This document shows, piece by piece, positions 50,533 through 61,140 of a stretch of 64,000 bases of DNA. The notes beneath the pieces were generated by a model, which searched no databases, was not told where the DNA came from, and was given only the letters and a program-made list of their open reading frames with translations. Within the stretch, counting starts at the first letter, position 1, and every line of letters starts with the position of its first letter. Position numbers and translations under genes: made by a program. Origin of the DNA: Nitrosopumilus sp. (GTDB lineage: Archaea; Thermoproteota; Nitrososphaeria; Nitrososphaerales; Nitrosopumilaceae); NCBI GenBank assembly GCA_963662625.1, contig OY759726.1, positions 1,536,001 through 1,600,000 on the forward strand, written 5' to 3'.

Positions 50533-52173
50533 TCAGGGGCGGCCATATTTCTCTCTTTTTTCCCCCGCCCTCTTCTCCGACTCGAACCTCTCCAGGTCGT
50601 ACTCCCCCATGTCGGCGAACCTGATGATCCTGCTGAGGCCCGGGTGCACCCTGCTGATCCGCCGGTACATCTGCTGCGCCACGCGCCTGTAGTCGGAGTG
50701 GCCCTGCGGGACCGTCCTCAGCTCTATGAGGTGGGTCGCCTCCCGCAGGTTCAGCCTCATGTAGTACGGGTAGTTGTACGCAAAGTTCACGACGTACTGC
50801 GCCTGCTCCGGGTGCCCCTCCCGGATCCTCTCGAACGCCTCCCTGGACCTTTCCATGCAGTCCCTGTAGTCCCGCTCGATGCCCATCTCCCTGATCTCGC
50901 CGGGCACGGCGTACCCGTGGTCGGTCGTGAGCAGCTGCCTCTGCATCGTCAGGACGCGGTGCCTGTGCAGGTCCCTGAACATGCCGAAGTTGCTCACCAT
51001 GTCGAACGTGTAGTGGGTCGCCTCGAACGCCCTCGGGGGCCTGTGCCTCCTGTTCGACCTGATCCTCGCAAACGAGTCGATGATCCCGGCCTTCTCGGCG
51101 GGGGGCATCCTCCTCACCTGCGCCAGGACGTCCCTGTAGGAGGCCCCGGGAGCCTCCCCGTACATCGCGGCGGCGACCACCCTGTCCATCGCGGCGCGCT
51201 CGGGCTCCCATTCCGCCAGCGCGGTCGCGGCCCCCACGCGCCTCCCCGGGGAGATCCTCCCAGCCGCCGACGCCGCCGCCGCCCTCGCCCCGCGCAGGTA
51301 CCTGCGGTACTCCTCGCCGTACCTGCCGCCGAACCTCTTCACGAAGGGGCCTATGGTGGCGTCCAGCTCCCCCCTGATCTGGCCCGCCAGCCCGCGCTCC
51401 TCGTCGAGCCCCGACGATCCCAGGACCGTGAGCAGGTACTCGAAGGCGCGGCCGTTCCCCGTGATGCCGACGTTGGTGAGGGCCGAGGCGGGCAGCAGCC
51501 CCCTGAGGATGTCCAGCGCCTTTGCCCTGGTGGATCCCCTGTAGACCGCCTCCGCCGACCTGACGTCGCCCTCCAGCCGCAGCCTGCTGATCGGCTTCTC
51601 CTTCCCGTCCGTGGAGTCCCTGAACCTGTACCTCGACACGGGGTACCTCTCCCTCACGTGGTCCATGGCGCCGTCTACGTTCTCGGAGTAGACGTCGAAC
51701 GAGAGGTTGCACGACTCCTCGTACAGGCCGGAGAGGCCGGAGCCGAGGATGGCGGGGTCCCTGTAGAACCTGTACCTGCCGCCCTCCTTCCTGTCCCACC
51801 GGACGTACCGCGACGACTTTTCCAGGTACGACAGGCCGATGCGCCTGTCCTCGATCTTCTTCACCGCGATGTTCGAGATCCCCTCGATCGCGATCTGGGC
51901 CTCGCCGAGCTCGGCCACCGAGTCGTCGCCGTACTCCAGCAGCACCCTGTCGTAGAACTCCTCCCCGCGGTTCCTGTTCTTGGCGAACTCGTCGAGGAAG
52001 ACGCGGCGCATGCTCTTGTCGGTCCTGCTGTACCTGGACATCAGGGCGCCGCGGTCCACCTGGCGCGGCGTGGTTATGGCAAAGACGTTCCCCGACACGT
52101 TTGAAAAGTGCCGCGAGAGGATCTTCTTCTCGCCGGCAGTGAACTCTGGCAATACCTTCTGCTGGGGGCGCAT
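50533..52173 (-). CDS. thyX: FAD-dependent thymidylate synthase (duplicated-domain form)
   Basis: [29 protein letters not shown]. Confidence 0.92.
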   Translation of the reverse strand: MRPQQKVLPEFTAGEKKILSRHFSNVSGNVFAITTPRQVDRGALMSRYSRTDKSMRRVFLDEFAKNRNRGEEFYDRVLLEYGDDSVAELGEAQIAIEGISNIAVKKIEDRRIGLSYLEKSSRYVRWDRKEGGRYRFYRDPAILGSGLSGLYEESCNLSFDVYSENVDGAMDHVRERYPVSRYRFRDSTDGKEKPISRLRLEGDVRSAEAVYRGSTRAKALDILRGLLPASALTNVGITGNGRAFEYLLTVLGSSGLDEERGLAGQIRGELDATIGPFVKRFGGRYGEEYRRYLRGARAAAASAAGRISPGRRVGAATALAEWEPERAAMDRVVAAAMYGEAPGASYRDVLAQVRRMPPAEKAGIIDSFARIRSNRRHRPPRAFEATHYTFDMVSNFGMFRDLHRHRVLTMQRQLLTTDHGYAVPGEIREMGIERDYRDCMERSREAFERIREGHPEQAQYVVNFAYNYPYYMRLNLREATHLIELRTVPQGHSDYRRVAQQMYRRISRVHPGLSRIIRFADMGEYDLERFESEKRAGEKREKYGRP

Positions 52174-52182
52174 GACTATATT

Positions 52183-52476
52183 TTATTTCTTCTTGCCGAT
52201 CTGTATGAGGTCCGGCCCGCCGTCGCGGTCCCCCCGCGCACCCCTTGACTGCCACCTCAGCAGGACGTCCTTGAACGCGTTGGCGTCGGCCTCGTTCTCC
52301 GTGTAGAACAGCGTCGTGACCCAGTACCCCTTGTTGGCCGTCTTGCCGCCCACCGAGTTCATCCAAAAGTCGCTCGGCAGCGTCCGCATCGCCCTGCTGT
52401 CCGGGTCCTTCGCGAGGTCCGCCCACCTCTTCGCGACAAAGCCCATTATCTGCTCCATCTCGCGCCTCTGGATCAC
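52183..52476 (-). CDS. Hypothetical protein
   Basis: FWMNSVGGKT..KGYWVTTLFY; GTG start about 25 bp downstream of a TATA box. Confidence 0.7.
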   Translation of the reverse strand: MIQRREMEQIMGFVAKRWADLAKDPDSRAMRTLPSDFWMNSVGGKTANKGYWVTTLFYTENEADANAFKDVLLRWQSRGARGDRDGGPDLIQIGKKK

Positions 52477-53099
52477 ACTGTACGGTGCCCGCCGCCCGGT
52501 TTTAAGATTTCCCAAGGGGCCGGCAGCGCCACGCGGGCGGGCCGGGCGCCCCCGCGCCGGCGCGCCCTATTCGGGGCGCAAAGCAGAGGGCCAGCTTTTC
52601 AGCGCCGCCGCGATCACCGGCTTGCCGCCCTCTCTTATCTGTCCTTCCGCGTGGTTGACTTGGTCGCGGTCCGGGCGGCCGCGGCCTGCATGCCAGACGG
52701 CGTCCCATCGGCCTCGCCTATGGGCAGGAACGCGCGGCGCTCTTCGACAAAGACCCGGCCCACTTTCCAGACGAGGCGCCCTTGCCTGCCGCCCCCTTCA
52801 GGTCGGACGCCCCCGGGTGCAGGCTGCCCCTTTCCGGCCACGTGCCGCCAAACCCTGCGGGTTTCACGGATGCCGTTCCGGCCAGATCGTGTTTGGCCCT
52901 CTTCCCCTCGGATCGCCCGCCGGATCCTGGGGAGGGCCGCCCGCCGGGGCTCGGCGCCCCCGTCAGGCCGTCCCCGGCGTCGGCCAGCCGGGCCCGGGAG
53001 CCGCCCCGCGTCACGTTCCCAGCTTGTAAAAATTATCTCACCAAAACTGGAAAGCTTTCTAACACCATGTCGGTTATACGAATCCCCCAACCCTTACGC

Positions 53100-54035
53100 A
53101 TGACCCAAGACAACATCGACATCATCGGAAAGAACGTCAAGGACATGTACGGCACGCCCATGGGCAGGATAATAGGGACGTCGACTGACATCGACGGCAG
53201 CATCCAGACCGTGGGGGTCGACTGCGGCTTCCGGGGGCTGGACAGCGTCCCGTACGAGCAGCTGGTGATACAGCCGGACGTAGTGATCTTCGTCCCGAAG
53301 TGGAGGCTCGACTCGCAGAGGCTATGGCGCGAGAAGCAGCTCACGCTACGGCGGCTCAAGGCGCTGCTTGACGTGATATCCGAGGACGACGACGTGAAAG
53401 AGGACGCGGAGATGATCCACGCGAAGTACAGGTCGAAGCTTGCCGAGCTGGACGAGGCGGAGCACATAGTGAAGGCCAAACTCGAGGCCAGGCTGACCGA
53501 GCTGGAAGACCAGGCAAAGGCGGCCAAGATGCTGCTGTTCGACGCCAAGGTGCAGCACAAGGGGGACGAGATATCGCCCGAGACCTTCGAGACGGTCAAG
53601 GCGCGCACGTCCGAGATGCTGGAGCACACGGCCCACGAGGTGGCGGAGCTCCAGAACGTGCAGAAGAGGCTGGCGGACCTGGACGCGGAGGTCCAGGAGG
53701 CAGCATCGCAGCCGCTGCAGGAATCCGCGGTGTCGTACCTGGACTCGCGCGGGCCGCAGGCGGTACAGAGCATACTGCCCGAGGCGCCCACGGAGCCGGT
53801 CAGCTCACGCGAGCCGATCCGCGAGCCGGCAGCCGCCGAGCCCGAGGATTTGTCCGCGGTGCCTGCGTTCGGCCAGGGGGCCGGCGAGACGCCTGCGGGG
53901 CACGAGACGCTGCCGAAGGTGCCTGCGTTCGGCCAGGGGGCCGACGGCGCGAAGGATTCCGCGGAGCCCGGCAAGGACGCCCAAAAGTCCGGGAAGGGCG
54001 ACGGCGACTGGCTCTCCAGGATGGAAGCGCAGTAG
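53100..54035 (+). CDS. cdvA: Cell division protein CdvA
   Basis: IGKNVKDMYG PRC-barrel, coiled coil, C-terminal WLSRM. Confidence 0.9.
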   Translation: MTQDNIDIIGKNVKDMYGTPMGRIIGTSTDIDGSIQTVGVDCGFRGLDSVPYEQLVIQPDVVIFVPKWRLDSQRLWREKQLTLRRLKALLDVISEDDDVKEDAEMIHAKYRSKLAELDEAEHIVKAKLEARLTELEDQAKAAKMLLFDAKVQHKGDEISPETFETVKARTSEMLEHTAHEVAELQNVQKRLADLDAEVQEAASQPLQESAVSYLDSRGPQAVQSILPEAPTEPVSSREPIREPAAAEPEDLSAVPAFGQGAGETPAGHETLPKVPAFGQGADGAKDSAEPGKDAQKSGKGDGDWLSRMEAQ

Positions 54036-54830
54036 ACTCCACACTCTATTTTTTCATCAAACGCGGGGCACGGCGCCCCCGTCGGCGCCGCGCCGGATTT
54101 TCCCACGCTGTCCCGCGGAGCCGGCGCGGCGGATGAATGGGATGCGTCCCGCGGCGGGGCGCAACTGATGCCGCCGCGAGGCAGTGCGGGCGGCGCGCCC
54201 GCCCCGCATGCCCGGGGCTGAATTGCGGCCCCGCCGGGAACCCCGCAAGCCGTCCCTCAACGATCCCGCGGACGGGGCTGGCCGCCGGATCCGGGAAGGC
54301 CGTCGCGCAAGACGCCTGCCCCGGCGCAGGCCCCCAGCGGCGCGGTTTCTTAACCCACGCGTTGTCGGCCGCGCCAATTGCGCCTTGCACGTCCGCGTCG
54401 GTGGCGCGCATGCCGGACGACATGGAACCGGCGAACCTGACCGCCGCCTCGTCTGGCGGGGGCCCAGTGCCGGACCTCCCTTCCCAGAACCGCCTTCTTC
54501 CAGCCTGCGGCCCCCGGCCGCCCCCGCGCGCGGTCCCCATGCCCCGCGCTGCGTCGCCGGCACAATGGGCGTCATGCCGGCTCCGAGCGACGCGGGAGCC
54601 CCCCGTGCGGATCCGCCGCCGGGGATCATCCAGCCGCGGGCGTCCCGCCCGCCGCGCGCCGGGCCAAGCGGAAATATTATAGCGCAAGCAATACAAGGGA
54701 TGGCGGTAAATGTCCCCGCCTGAGACCCCGCGCCCGCGCGGGCCGACCGGATCGAGCGCCGCGCCGCCTGCCGGAGGGGCCGCGCGGACGGCCGCCGCCC
54801 GGGGCCGCGGCGAGGACGGGGTGCGCCCCG

Positions 54831-56738
54831 ATGCCTGAAGCCTTCGAGATCGGCCTGGGGAACAACGACTCGCTCACGCGCAGGCAGGCGGGGGAGGACT
54901 ATGTGCGGTTCTGGGACGGGCAGGCCAAGGGGCTGCACTGGTTCTCGGCCTGGGACAGGACGCTTGACTGGGACCCGCCGTTTGCGCGGTGGTTCGTCGG
55001 GGGGACGATAAACGCGTCGTACAACGCGCTTGACGTGCACCAGGACCGCGCCGAAAAGCCCGCCATCCTGTGGGAGGGCGAGGACGGCTCATCCCGCGTC
55101 CTGACGTACCGCGACATGTGGATCCAGGTCCAGAAGCTGGCCAACTCGCTAAAGTCGCTCGGGGTGCGCAGGGGGGACAGGGTGACGATCTACCTCCCGA
55201 TGGTGCCGGAACTGCCGATCGCGATGCTCGCATGCGCGAGGATCGGCGCGACGCACGCGGTGATATTCTCCGGGTTCAGCTCCTCGTCGGTACGCGACAG
55301 GGTGGCCGACTCCAAGTCGAGGGTCGTGATCACGGCCGACGGGGGGTTCCGCCGCGGGAAGACCGTGCCGCTAAAGCCGGTGGTCGACGAGGCGGTGCGC
55401 GGGCTCGACTTTGTGGAACACGTCATAGTGCTGGAGCGCGCCAAGAACGCGATCGAGCTTGGCCCCCGGGACAGGATGTGGGACGAGCTGGTGGGGGGAT
55501 CGCCCGCCGAGTGCCCGGCCGAGGAGCTCCCCAGCACGCACCCGCTGTTCATCCTGTACACGTCGGGCACCACGGGCAAGCCCAAGGGAGTCCTGCACGG
55601 GACGGGGGGCTACCTCACCCACCTCCGCTCCACGTACAGGTGGGCATTTGACATCAAGGACGACGACGTGTTCTTCTGCACCGCGGACATCGGCTGGGTG
55701 ACGGGGCACAGCTACGTAGTGTACGCCCCGCTGCTGCACGGCGCGACGCAGGTGATGTACGAGGGGGCCCCCGACCACCCCGACGCGTCGCGGATGTGGG
55801 ACATCATATCAAAGTACCGCGTGACGATATTCTACACGACCCCCACCGCCCTGCGGATATTCATGAAGTTCGGCGACGACGTCCCCAACTCGTTTGACCT
55901 GTCCTCGATCCGGCTGCTGGGGACAGTGGGCGAGCCGATAAACCCCGCGGTATGGAAGTGGTACTATGACGTGATAGGGAAGGGGAGGTGCCCGATCATA
56001 GACACCTGGTGGCAGACGGAGACGGGAGGCATGCTGATATCGCCGCTGCCGGGGCTGGAGACAATCCCGCTCAAGCCGGGCTCCGGGACGCTGGCAATCC
56101 CGGGGGTGGACATCGACGTGGTCGACGAGGGAGGCAGGGCCGTCCCCCCCGGCACCAAGGGATACCTCGTCATCAGGAACCCCTGGCCCGGGATGTTCCT
56201 GGGGCTCTGGGGCGACGACGAGAAGTACAGGGACGTGTACTGGTCAAAGTACCCCGGGTGCTACTACCCCGGGGACTATGCCATAAGGGACGAGGACGGG
56301 TACTTTTGGCTGCTCGGCAGGGCCGACGACGTCCTGAAGGTGGCGGGGCACAGGATCGGGACGGCCGAGCTCGAGAGCTGCATAGTGTCCCATGGCAGCG
56401 TGGCCGAGGCGGCAGTCTGCGGCGTGGACGACGAGATAAAGGGGGAGGCGATAATCGCGTTTGCAGTGCTGAGGGAGGGGGCGGAAGGGACCGGCGGCCT
56501 CGAGGGGGATCTCCGCGAGAAGATCAGGCGCGACGTGGGGCCCATCGCCACCCCGCGGCAGATCTACTTCGTGTCGAGGCTCCCGAAGACCCGCAGCGGG
56601 AAGATCATGCGGCGCCTCCTGAAGGCGATCGCGAGCGGCGGGGATGTGGGCGACGTGAGCACGCTCGAGGACGGGGCGGCCGTGTCCGAGGTGCAGTCCG
56701 CCTTTGAGGAGCTGCGCGACTCCGTGGGGCGCCCCTAG
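54831..56738 (+). CDS. acs: Acetate--CoA ligase (AMP-forming)
   Basis: YTSGTTGKPKG, DTWWQTETG, GRADD, PKTRSGK. Confidence 0.96.
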   Translation: MPEAFEIGLGNNDSLTRRQAGEDYVRFWDGQAKGLHWFSAWDRTLDWDPPFARWFVGGTINASYNALDVHQDRAEKPAILWEGEDGSSRVLTYRDMWIQVQKLANSLKSLGVRRGDRVTIYLPMVPELPIAMLACARIGATHAVIFSGFSSSSVRDRVADSKSRVVITADGGFRRGKTVPLKPVVDEAVRGLDFVEHVIVLERAKNAIELGPRDRMWDELVGGSPAECPAEELPSTHPLFILYTSGTTGKPKGVLHGTGGYLTHLRSTYRWAFDIKDDDVFFCTADIGWVTGHSYVVYAPLLHGATQVMYEGAPDHPDASRMWDIISKYRVTIFYTTPTALRIFMKFGDDVPNSFDLSSIRLLGTVGEPINPAVWKWYYDVIGKGRCPIIDTWWQTETGGMLISPLPGLETIPLKPGSGTLAIPGVDIDVVDEGGRAVPPGTKGYLVIRNPWPGMFLGLWGDDEKYRDVYWSKYPGCYYPGDYAIRDEDGYFWLLGRADDVLKVAGHRIGTAELESCIVSHGSVAEAAVCGVDDEIKGEAIIAFAVLREGAEGTGGLEGDLREKIRRDVGPIATPRQIYFVSRLPKTRSGKIMRRLLKAIASGGDVGDVSTLEDGAAVSEVQSAFEELRDSVGRP

Positions 56739-57268
56739 CGCTCCCTCATCCCGCGGAGGTCGATCCCGAGCAGCATCTCGAACATGTCCCTGAGCCCGTC
56801 GTACTCCGACTTTGAGGCCGCGTCCATGGAGCCGTACTCCGCCTCCTTGATCCTGTCCAGCCTCTCCTTCGAGTCCCTGAAGTAGGACTCCAGCCCCGAG
56901 ATCTTCTCCTCGGTGAGGCCCGCCGCGTCAAAGATCACCGTGTTGCTCCCGACCAGGTCCCCGCTCTCGTCGTACGCGCTGGTGGCCTGCAGCAGCCCCG
57001 GGAACACCGTGCCGTCCCGCCTCTTGAACGTGATCTTCCTGTCGGAGACCATGCCAGTCTCGAACCACGCCTTCAGCGAGTCGTTCATCAGCCCCCACGA
57101 CTCCTTGGGGATGTGCTCGAAGATGGCCCTGCCGAGGATCTCGGACTTTGCGTAGCCCAGGTAGGCGGCATACGTGGAGTTGCAGTCCAGGATGACGCCT
57201 ATCGAGTTGATCCGGCGCCACATTATCGGGGCGTCGTTGAGGGTCTTCCTGGCTTCCGTCTGCTCCAT
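56735..57268 (-). CDS. Single PAS-domain protein
   Basis: DCNSTYA..LGY.KSEILG, KRRDGT. Confidence 0.82.
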   Translation of the reverse strand: MEQTEARKTLNDAPIMWRRINSIGVILDCNSTYAAYLGYAKSEILGRAIFEHIPKESWGLMNDSLKAWFETGMVSDRKITFKRRDGTVFPGLLQATSAYDESGDLVGSNTVIFDAAGLTEEKISGLESYFRDSKERLDRIKEAEYGSMDAASKSEYDGLRDMFEMLLGIDLRGMRER

Positions 57269-57356
57269 TTTTCTAGTTCCGCGTGCCTGGTTATTAAGTT
57301 GAAATATCCGGGGCGCTGGACAAAGGTAATATAGAAACCGGCGGGCAGGTTCTAGC

Positions 57357-58499
57357 ATGAGCAAGGATCCACCAGCCCGTGACGCTGGCGGGGATCCCGA
57401 CGGCAGGGACGCCAGCGCCCCCGACGGGACAGGCGGCGGCGATGCCGGTGGAGCCAAAGCCCCCGGCGGGGGTGACGACCGTGCCGGCGCGGGCGGTGGC
57501 GCCGCAGGAGCAGCCGGGGACAAAACCGGCGCGGGCGACGAAGGCCCGGACGCGGTCGGCGACGATCGTGCCGGCGCGGGCGGTGGCGCCGCAGGAGCAG
57601 CCGGGGACAAAACCGGCGCGGGCGACGAAGGCCCGGACGCGGTCGGCGACGATCGTGCCGGCGCGGTCGGTGGCGCCGCAGGGGAACCTGCGGCAGGCGG
57701 CCCTGCGGCTGACGCGCCGGGGAACGCCGCGGACTCCGGGCCCGCGAGGCGGTCCTCCGGCAAACTGGTGGCGGGCCTGGTGGTCGCAATCGCCGCAGCC
57801 GCGTTCTTTGCGGGGTACACCGCCGGCGCCCTTGACGACTCCGGCGGGATGTCCGACGAGCAGCTGCAGGCGATCCTGTCGGCGATCGACTCCAAGATGA
57901 CGGCCCCCTCCGCCGCGCCGGACGAGCACGGCAGCGCCGGCACCGTCCGCGTCTCGGTTGACGACGACCCCATGAAGGGCGATCCTGATGCGGGGCTGAC
58001 CATCGTGGAGTTTTCCGACTTCCAGTGCCCGTTCTGCTTCAGGTTCTACGACCAGACGCTGCCGCTGATAGAGCGGGAATACATCGACACCGGCAAGGTC
58101 AACCTCGTGTACCGCGACTTTCCGCTGCAGAACCACCAGAACGCCGTCCCCACCCACATCGCGGCCGAGTGCGCCGACGAGCAGGGCGCGTTCTGGCCGT
58201 ACCACGACGTCCTGTTCGAGACGCAGGACTCGTGGAAGTCCATGTCGCCGGGCGCGATCTCCGAGCAGCTGGTGCGGTTCGCAGACGGCCTGGGGCTGCG
58301 GACGGCCGACTTTGAGTCGTGCCTGGGATCGGCCGCGCCCGCGCAGGAGATCCAAAAGGACTACCAGGACGGCGTCCAGTACGGGGTCCGCGGGACCCCC
58401 GCGTTCTTCATCGGCAACGAGAGGGACGGGTACGTGCTGCTGTCCGGCGCCCAGCCGTTCGAGTCGTTCCAGCGCGTGATCGAGTCGAGGATCGGCTAG
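57357..58499 (+). CDS. Membrane-anchored DsbA-family oxidoreductase with a repetitive N-terminus
   Basis: EFSDFQCPFC, GTP, GAQP; one transmembrane segment. Confidence 0.92.
   Translation: MSKDPPARDAGGDPDGRDASAPDGTGGGDAGGAKAPGGGDDRAGAGGGAAGAAGDKTGAGDEGPDAVGDDRAGAGGGAAGAAGDKTGAGDEGPDAVGDDRAGAVGGAAGEPAAGGPAADAPGNAADSGPARRSSGKLVAGLVVAIAAAAFFAGYTAGALDDSGGMSDEQLQAILSAIDSKMTAPSAAPDEHGSAGTVRVSVDDDPMKGDPDAGLTIVEFSDFQCPFCFRFYDQTLPLIEREYIDTGKVNLVYRDFPLQNHQNAVPTHIAAECADEQGAFWPYHDVLFETQDSWKSMSPGAISEQLVRFADGLGLRTADFESCLGSAAPAQEIQKDYQDGVQYGVRGTPAFFIGNERDGYVLLSGAQPFESFQRVIESRIG
57474..57683 (+). repeat. 87-bp tandem repeat, about 2.4 copies (DDRAGAGGGAAGAAGDKTGAGDEGPDAVG)
   Basis: Units start at 57474, 57561 and 57648 (partial). 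Confidence 0.9.
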
Positions 58500-58503
58500 G
58501 CCC

Positions 58504-59529
58504 TCAGGCGAACCACTGGTCCAGGCTGTGGCTCTTCTTCTCCAGCGCCTTCTTCAGCCTGTTCAGCGAGGATCTCACCCTGTCCTCGGAGAAGCTCCTC
58601 TCCCCTGCCAGGTAGTCCGTTATGGCCCCGTAGTCGGCATCCCCGAACTCTATCTCGCCCACGTCTGCCACGTCGGGCCTCAGGAATATCCCCCTGATCT
58701 GCTCATAGTCGACCCCCTCCAACTGCCCCTGGATCTGCGGTATGTCCTCCAGCCTCGAGTGCTGCCTTATCATCTTCAGCGCCGTCTTGGGGCCCACCCT
58801 GTCAAACCCGTCGGGGTTGAAGTCGGTCCCGATCAGTATGCCCACGTCCACCAGCTCCTCCCTCGACAGCCCCAGGGCGGCCAGCGTCTTGCCGGTCTCT
58901 ATGATCTCGGGCTCCACCTCGACGTACGTGTTCCTGTTCGGGAGCTTCCGCCTGCCGCTGTTGGTGAAGTTCCTCACCAGCCTCTTCGCGCCAAACAGCA
59001 CGGAGTCAAAGTCCTGGCTTGCGGACGCGAAGGCGTGCCCCGTGTTGGTGAGGTGGGCCGCCATGGCCTCCCCCTCGGAGGGGGCGTCGACGTACGGGAT
59101 CCCAAAGTGCCCCAGCAGGATCTTGGCGTCCTCCACCATGGAGTCCCTCATGCTGGTCGTCTGCTGCGCGAACTTCCTCGCGTCCGGCCAGTTCTTCTCG
59201 GCCACGGCCTTCTCGTACTTCACGGTGGCGTCCCTCTTGACCTGCTTCCTCCTCTCTATCTCCGCCGTCTTCAGCGACGGGGGCCTCCCGTCGAACACGT
59301 ACAGCGGCCTTATCCCCAGGGACAGGAAGTTGACGTTCCGGTACAGCAGCCCGCTGAGGTGGCTCGTGACCCTTCCCTCCGAGTCGGACAGGTGCAGGCC
59401 GTCCGGGCCGCGGATCGTCGCCAGGAACTGGTATATCGCGTTGTACGCGTCGATCGCCACCACCCTGGCGGCAAACGACTCCAGGCTCGTCTTCTCCCTG
59501 GCCACCAGCTGCTTGAGATTCAGCCCCAT
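58504..59529 (-). CDS. fen: Flap endonuclease 1
   Basis: [28 protein letters not shown]...GPKTA, PIP-like SLDQWF. Confidence 0.97.
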   Translation of the reverse strand: MGLNLKQLVAREKTSLESFAARVVAIDAYNAIYQFLATIRGPDGLHLSDSEGRVTSHLSGLLYRNVNFLSLGIRPLYVFDGRPPSLKTAEIERRKQVKRDATVKYEKAVAEKNWPDARKFAQQTTSMRDSMVEDAKILLGHFGIPYVDAPSEGEAMAAHLTNTGHAFASASQDFDSVLFGAKRLVRNFTNSGRRKLPNRNTYVEVEPEIIETGKTLAALGLSREELVDVGILIGTDFNPDGFDRVGPKTALKMIRQHSRLEDIPQIQGQLEGVDYEQIRGIFLRPDVADVGEIEFGDADYGAITDYLAGERSFSEDRVRSSLNRLKKALEKKSHSLDQWFA

Positions 59530-59612
59530 CGCGTTGTGTGTCGCACGGCGCGCTATTTTGTGTTTGCGCCGGATCGAGTCAGTACAAATACCTCCAGTCC
59601 CAACACCATGAC

Positions 59613-59804
59613 GTGAGGGGTTGGCTGTTCTGGGCCGGGGTCGGGTTCGTCATAGGGGGGCTGGTAAGCTACTCCATGGCCCTCGCAGTCCCTGGCCCCG
59701 GGTTCCAGGCGGACGTGTCGGGGTACGCCCTGGGGTGGATGGGGGCGGGCGCGGTGCTGCTGGCAGCCGGCCTGGTCCTGAAGCCGTCAAAAGCGGCTGG
59801 GTGA
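59613..59804 (+). CDS. Small two-helix membrane protein
   Basis: Two hydrophobic helices; start uncertain. Confidence 0.6.
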   Translation: MRGWLFWAGVGFVIGGLVSYSMALAVPGPGFQADVSGYALGWMGAGAVLLAAGLVLKPSKAAG

Positions 59805-59857
59805 CCCCCGGCGGCCCCCGTGATCTGCTTTATTACGGTGTTGCCCAGACTAGCATT

Positions 59858-59942
59858 GCCAGGTTAGCCAAGCGGTAAGGCGGCCGTCTCGAAAACGGCT
59901 ACGCGCAAGCGTGCAGGGGTTCGAATCCCTTACCTGGCGCCA
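59858..59942 (+). tRNA. tRNA-Ser(CGA)
   Basis: Acceptor stem GCCAGGT/ACCTGGC, anticodon arm GCCGT-CTCGAAA-ACGGC, long variable arm, GTTCGAATC, encoded CCA. Confidence 0.96.
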
Positions 59943-60269
59943 TACCATTCCAAGACGGCCCGAGGGGCCCGGGGCCGCACGGTACGTCGGCATGGCGCGG
60001 GGCCGCAAGCGGCACCGGCGGGAGTTCATGGCGAATAAGGTGGGCGGCACGAAAAAAATTCCTGGGACTGGCCTATTCGGCGGTCTGCGCCATGCCGACG
60101 TTTTACGGGCTGGGCTGGACGGCGGAACCGCACGGGATCCACGGGGGCGTCCCGCCCGGCACCATGCCGGTCCTGATCGCGGCGTACGCGCTGAGCGGCA
60201 TCACCGCGTTTCTTGCGATCAGGTGCCTCCGGTAGGCCGGCGCGGCCGCGGGCGGGAACGCGGCCACGG

Positions 60270-60465
60270 GGCCGGCCCCTGACTGCCCCATCGATCTCCC
60301 CCGCGACGAACGCCTTGCCCCTGTGGCGCACGTCTGCCCGTTCCAGCATCCCCGCGTCCACCGGTTTCATGACCGCGTTTTTTGCGGACGGGCACGTGAC
60401 GCCGAGGCGCCGCATCGCGCCGGGGACGGTGACGTGCGGGTTTTGAGAAAAGGCGGGCCCCCCGT
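60270..60465 (-). pseudogene. Relic of a C-terminal wHTH resembling that of Fic-family proteins
   Basis: FSQNPHVTVPGAMRRLGVTCPSAKNAVMKPVDAGMLE resembles F.NPYITIP....LGVTY.SA...V.KL.D.GIL. Confidence 0.55.
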
Positions 60466-60469
60466 GGCG

Positions 60470-60973
60470 GAGGCGGCCCGCAACGGCGACGCGGGGCTGC
60501 CGGCCGGCACGGCCGGCGTCGGCGCGCTCGCCGCGGTGCCGACGGCCCCCGGGATGGGGCCGCCTCCAGGGTCCAGTGGGCCAAGGCAGGCGGCGTCGTG
60601 GGCCGGGCCGTGCCCGGCCGCATGCCGGCCGGGGAACCTGCCGCACGCGGGGAGGATCAAGGGGATGGGCCCCGGCAGCCTGGCCAGCCGGGCCGTGCGC
60701 GGGGCCGCGGACACCGCCGCGCGGCACGACGCCGGGACGGAGGCCGCGTACGCGTCAGCGCGCCGGAGGCACGCGGACAGGCACGGGCCGGCCGTAATCG
60801 CGGCGGCCCACAAGGCGGTCACCATGATGCGGCACGGGCCGGCCGCCAGGACGCCCCGAGGATCCAGCAACGAGGGGCCGTGCCGGCGCAGGCCGGCCGG
60901 GACGGGGAAGGCGCGCCGGGGGCGGCCACCCGCGCTGCCCGCATCCGGATCATCTTGCCAGCGCCAGCCATGA
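60470..60973 (+). mobile_element. IS110-family (IS116/IS902) transposase C-terminal relic
   Basis: ASWAGPCP...PGN....GRI (from SWAGLxP...SG), AA..AARHD, A.IAAAHK. Confidence 0.75.
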
Positions 60974-61140
60974 ATCCCATGCCGCGCAACCCAGGCGCGG
61001 ATCGGAAAAGCCGCGGGATGCATTGCGGCAAATACGCCTGGGTGGCTAGCATATGTGACCGGGCAGTACTTTACAGCCGCCGGCAGAGTTATTCCGCGCC
61101 TGCCCCGGCGAGTTAAATACCGTCGGCGCGCCCGGTGGGC

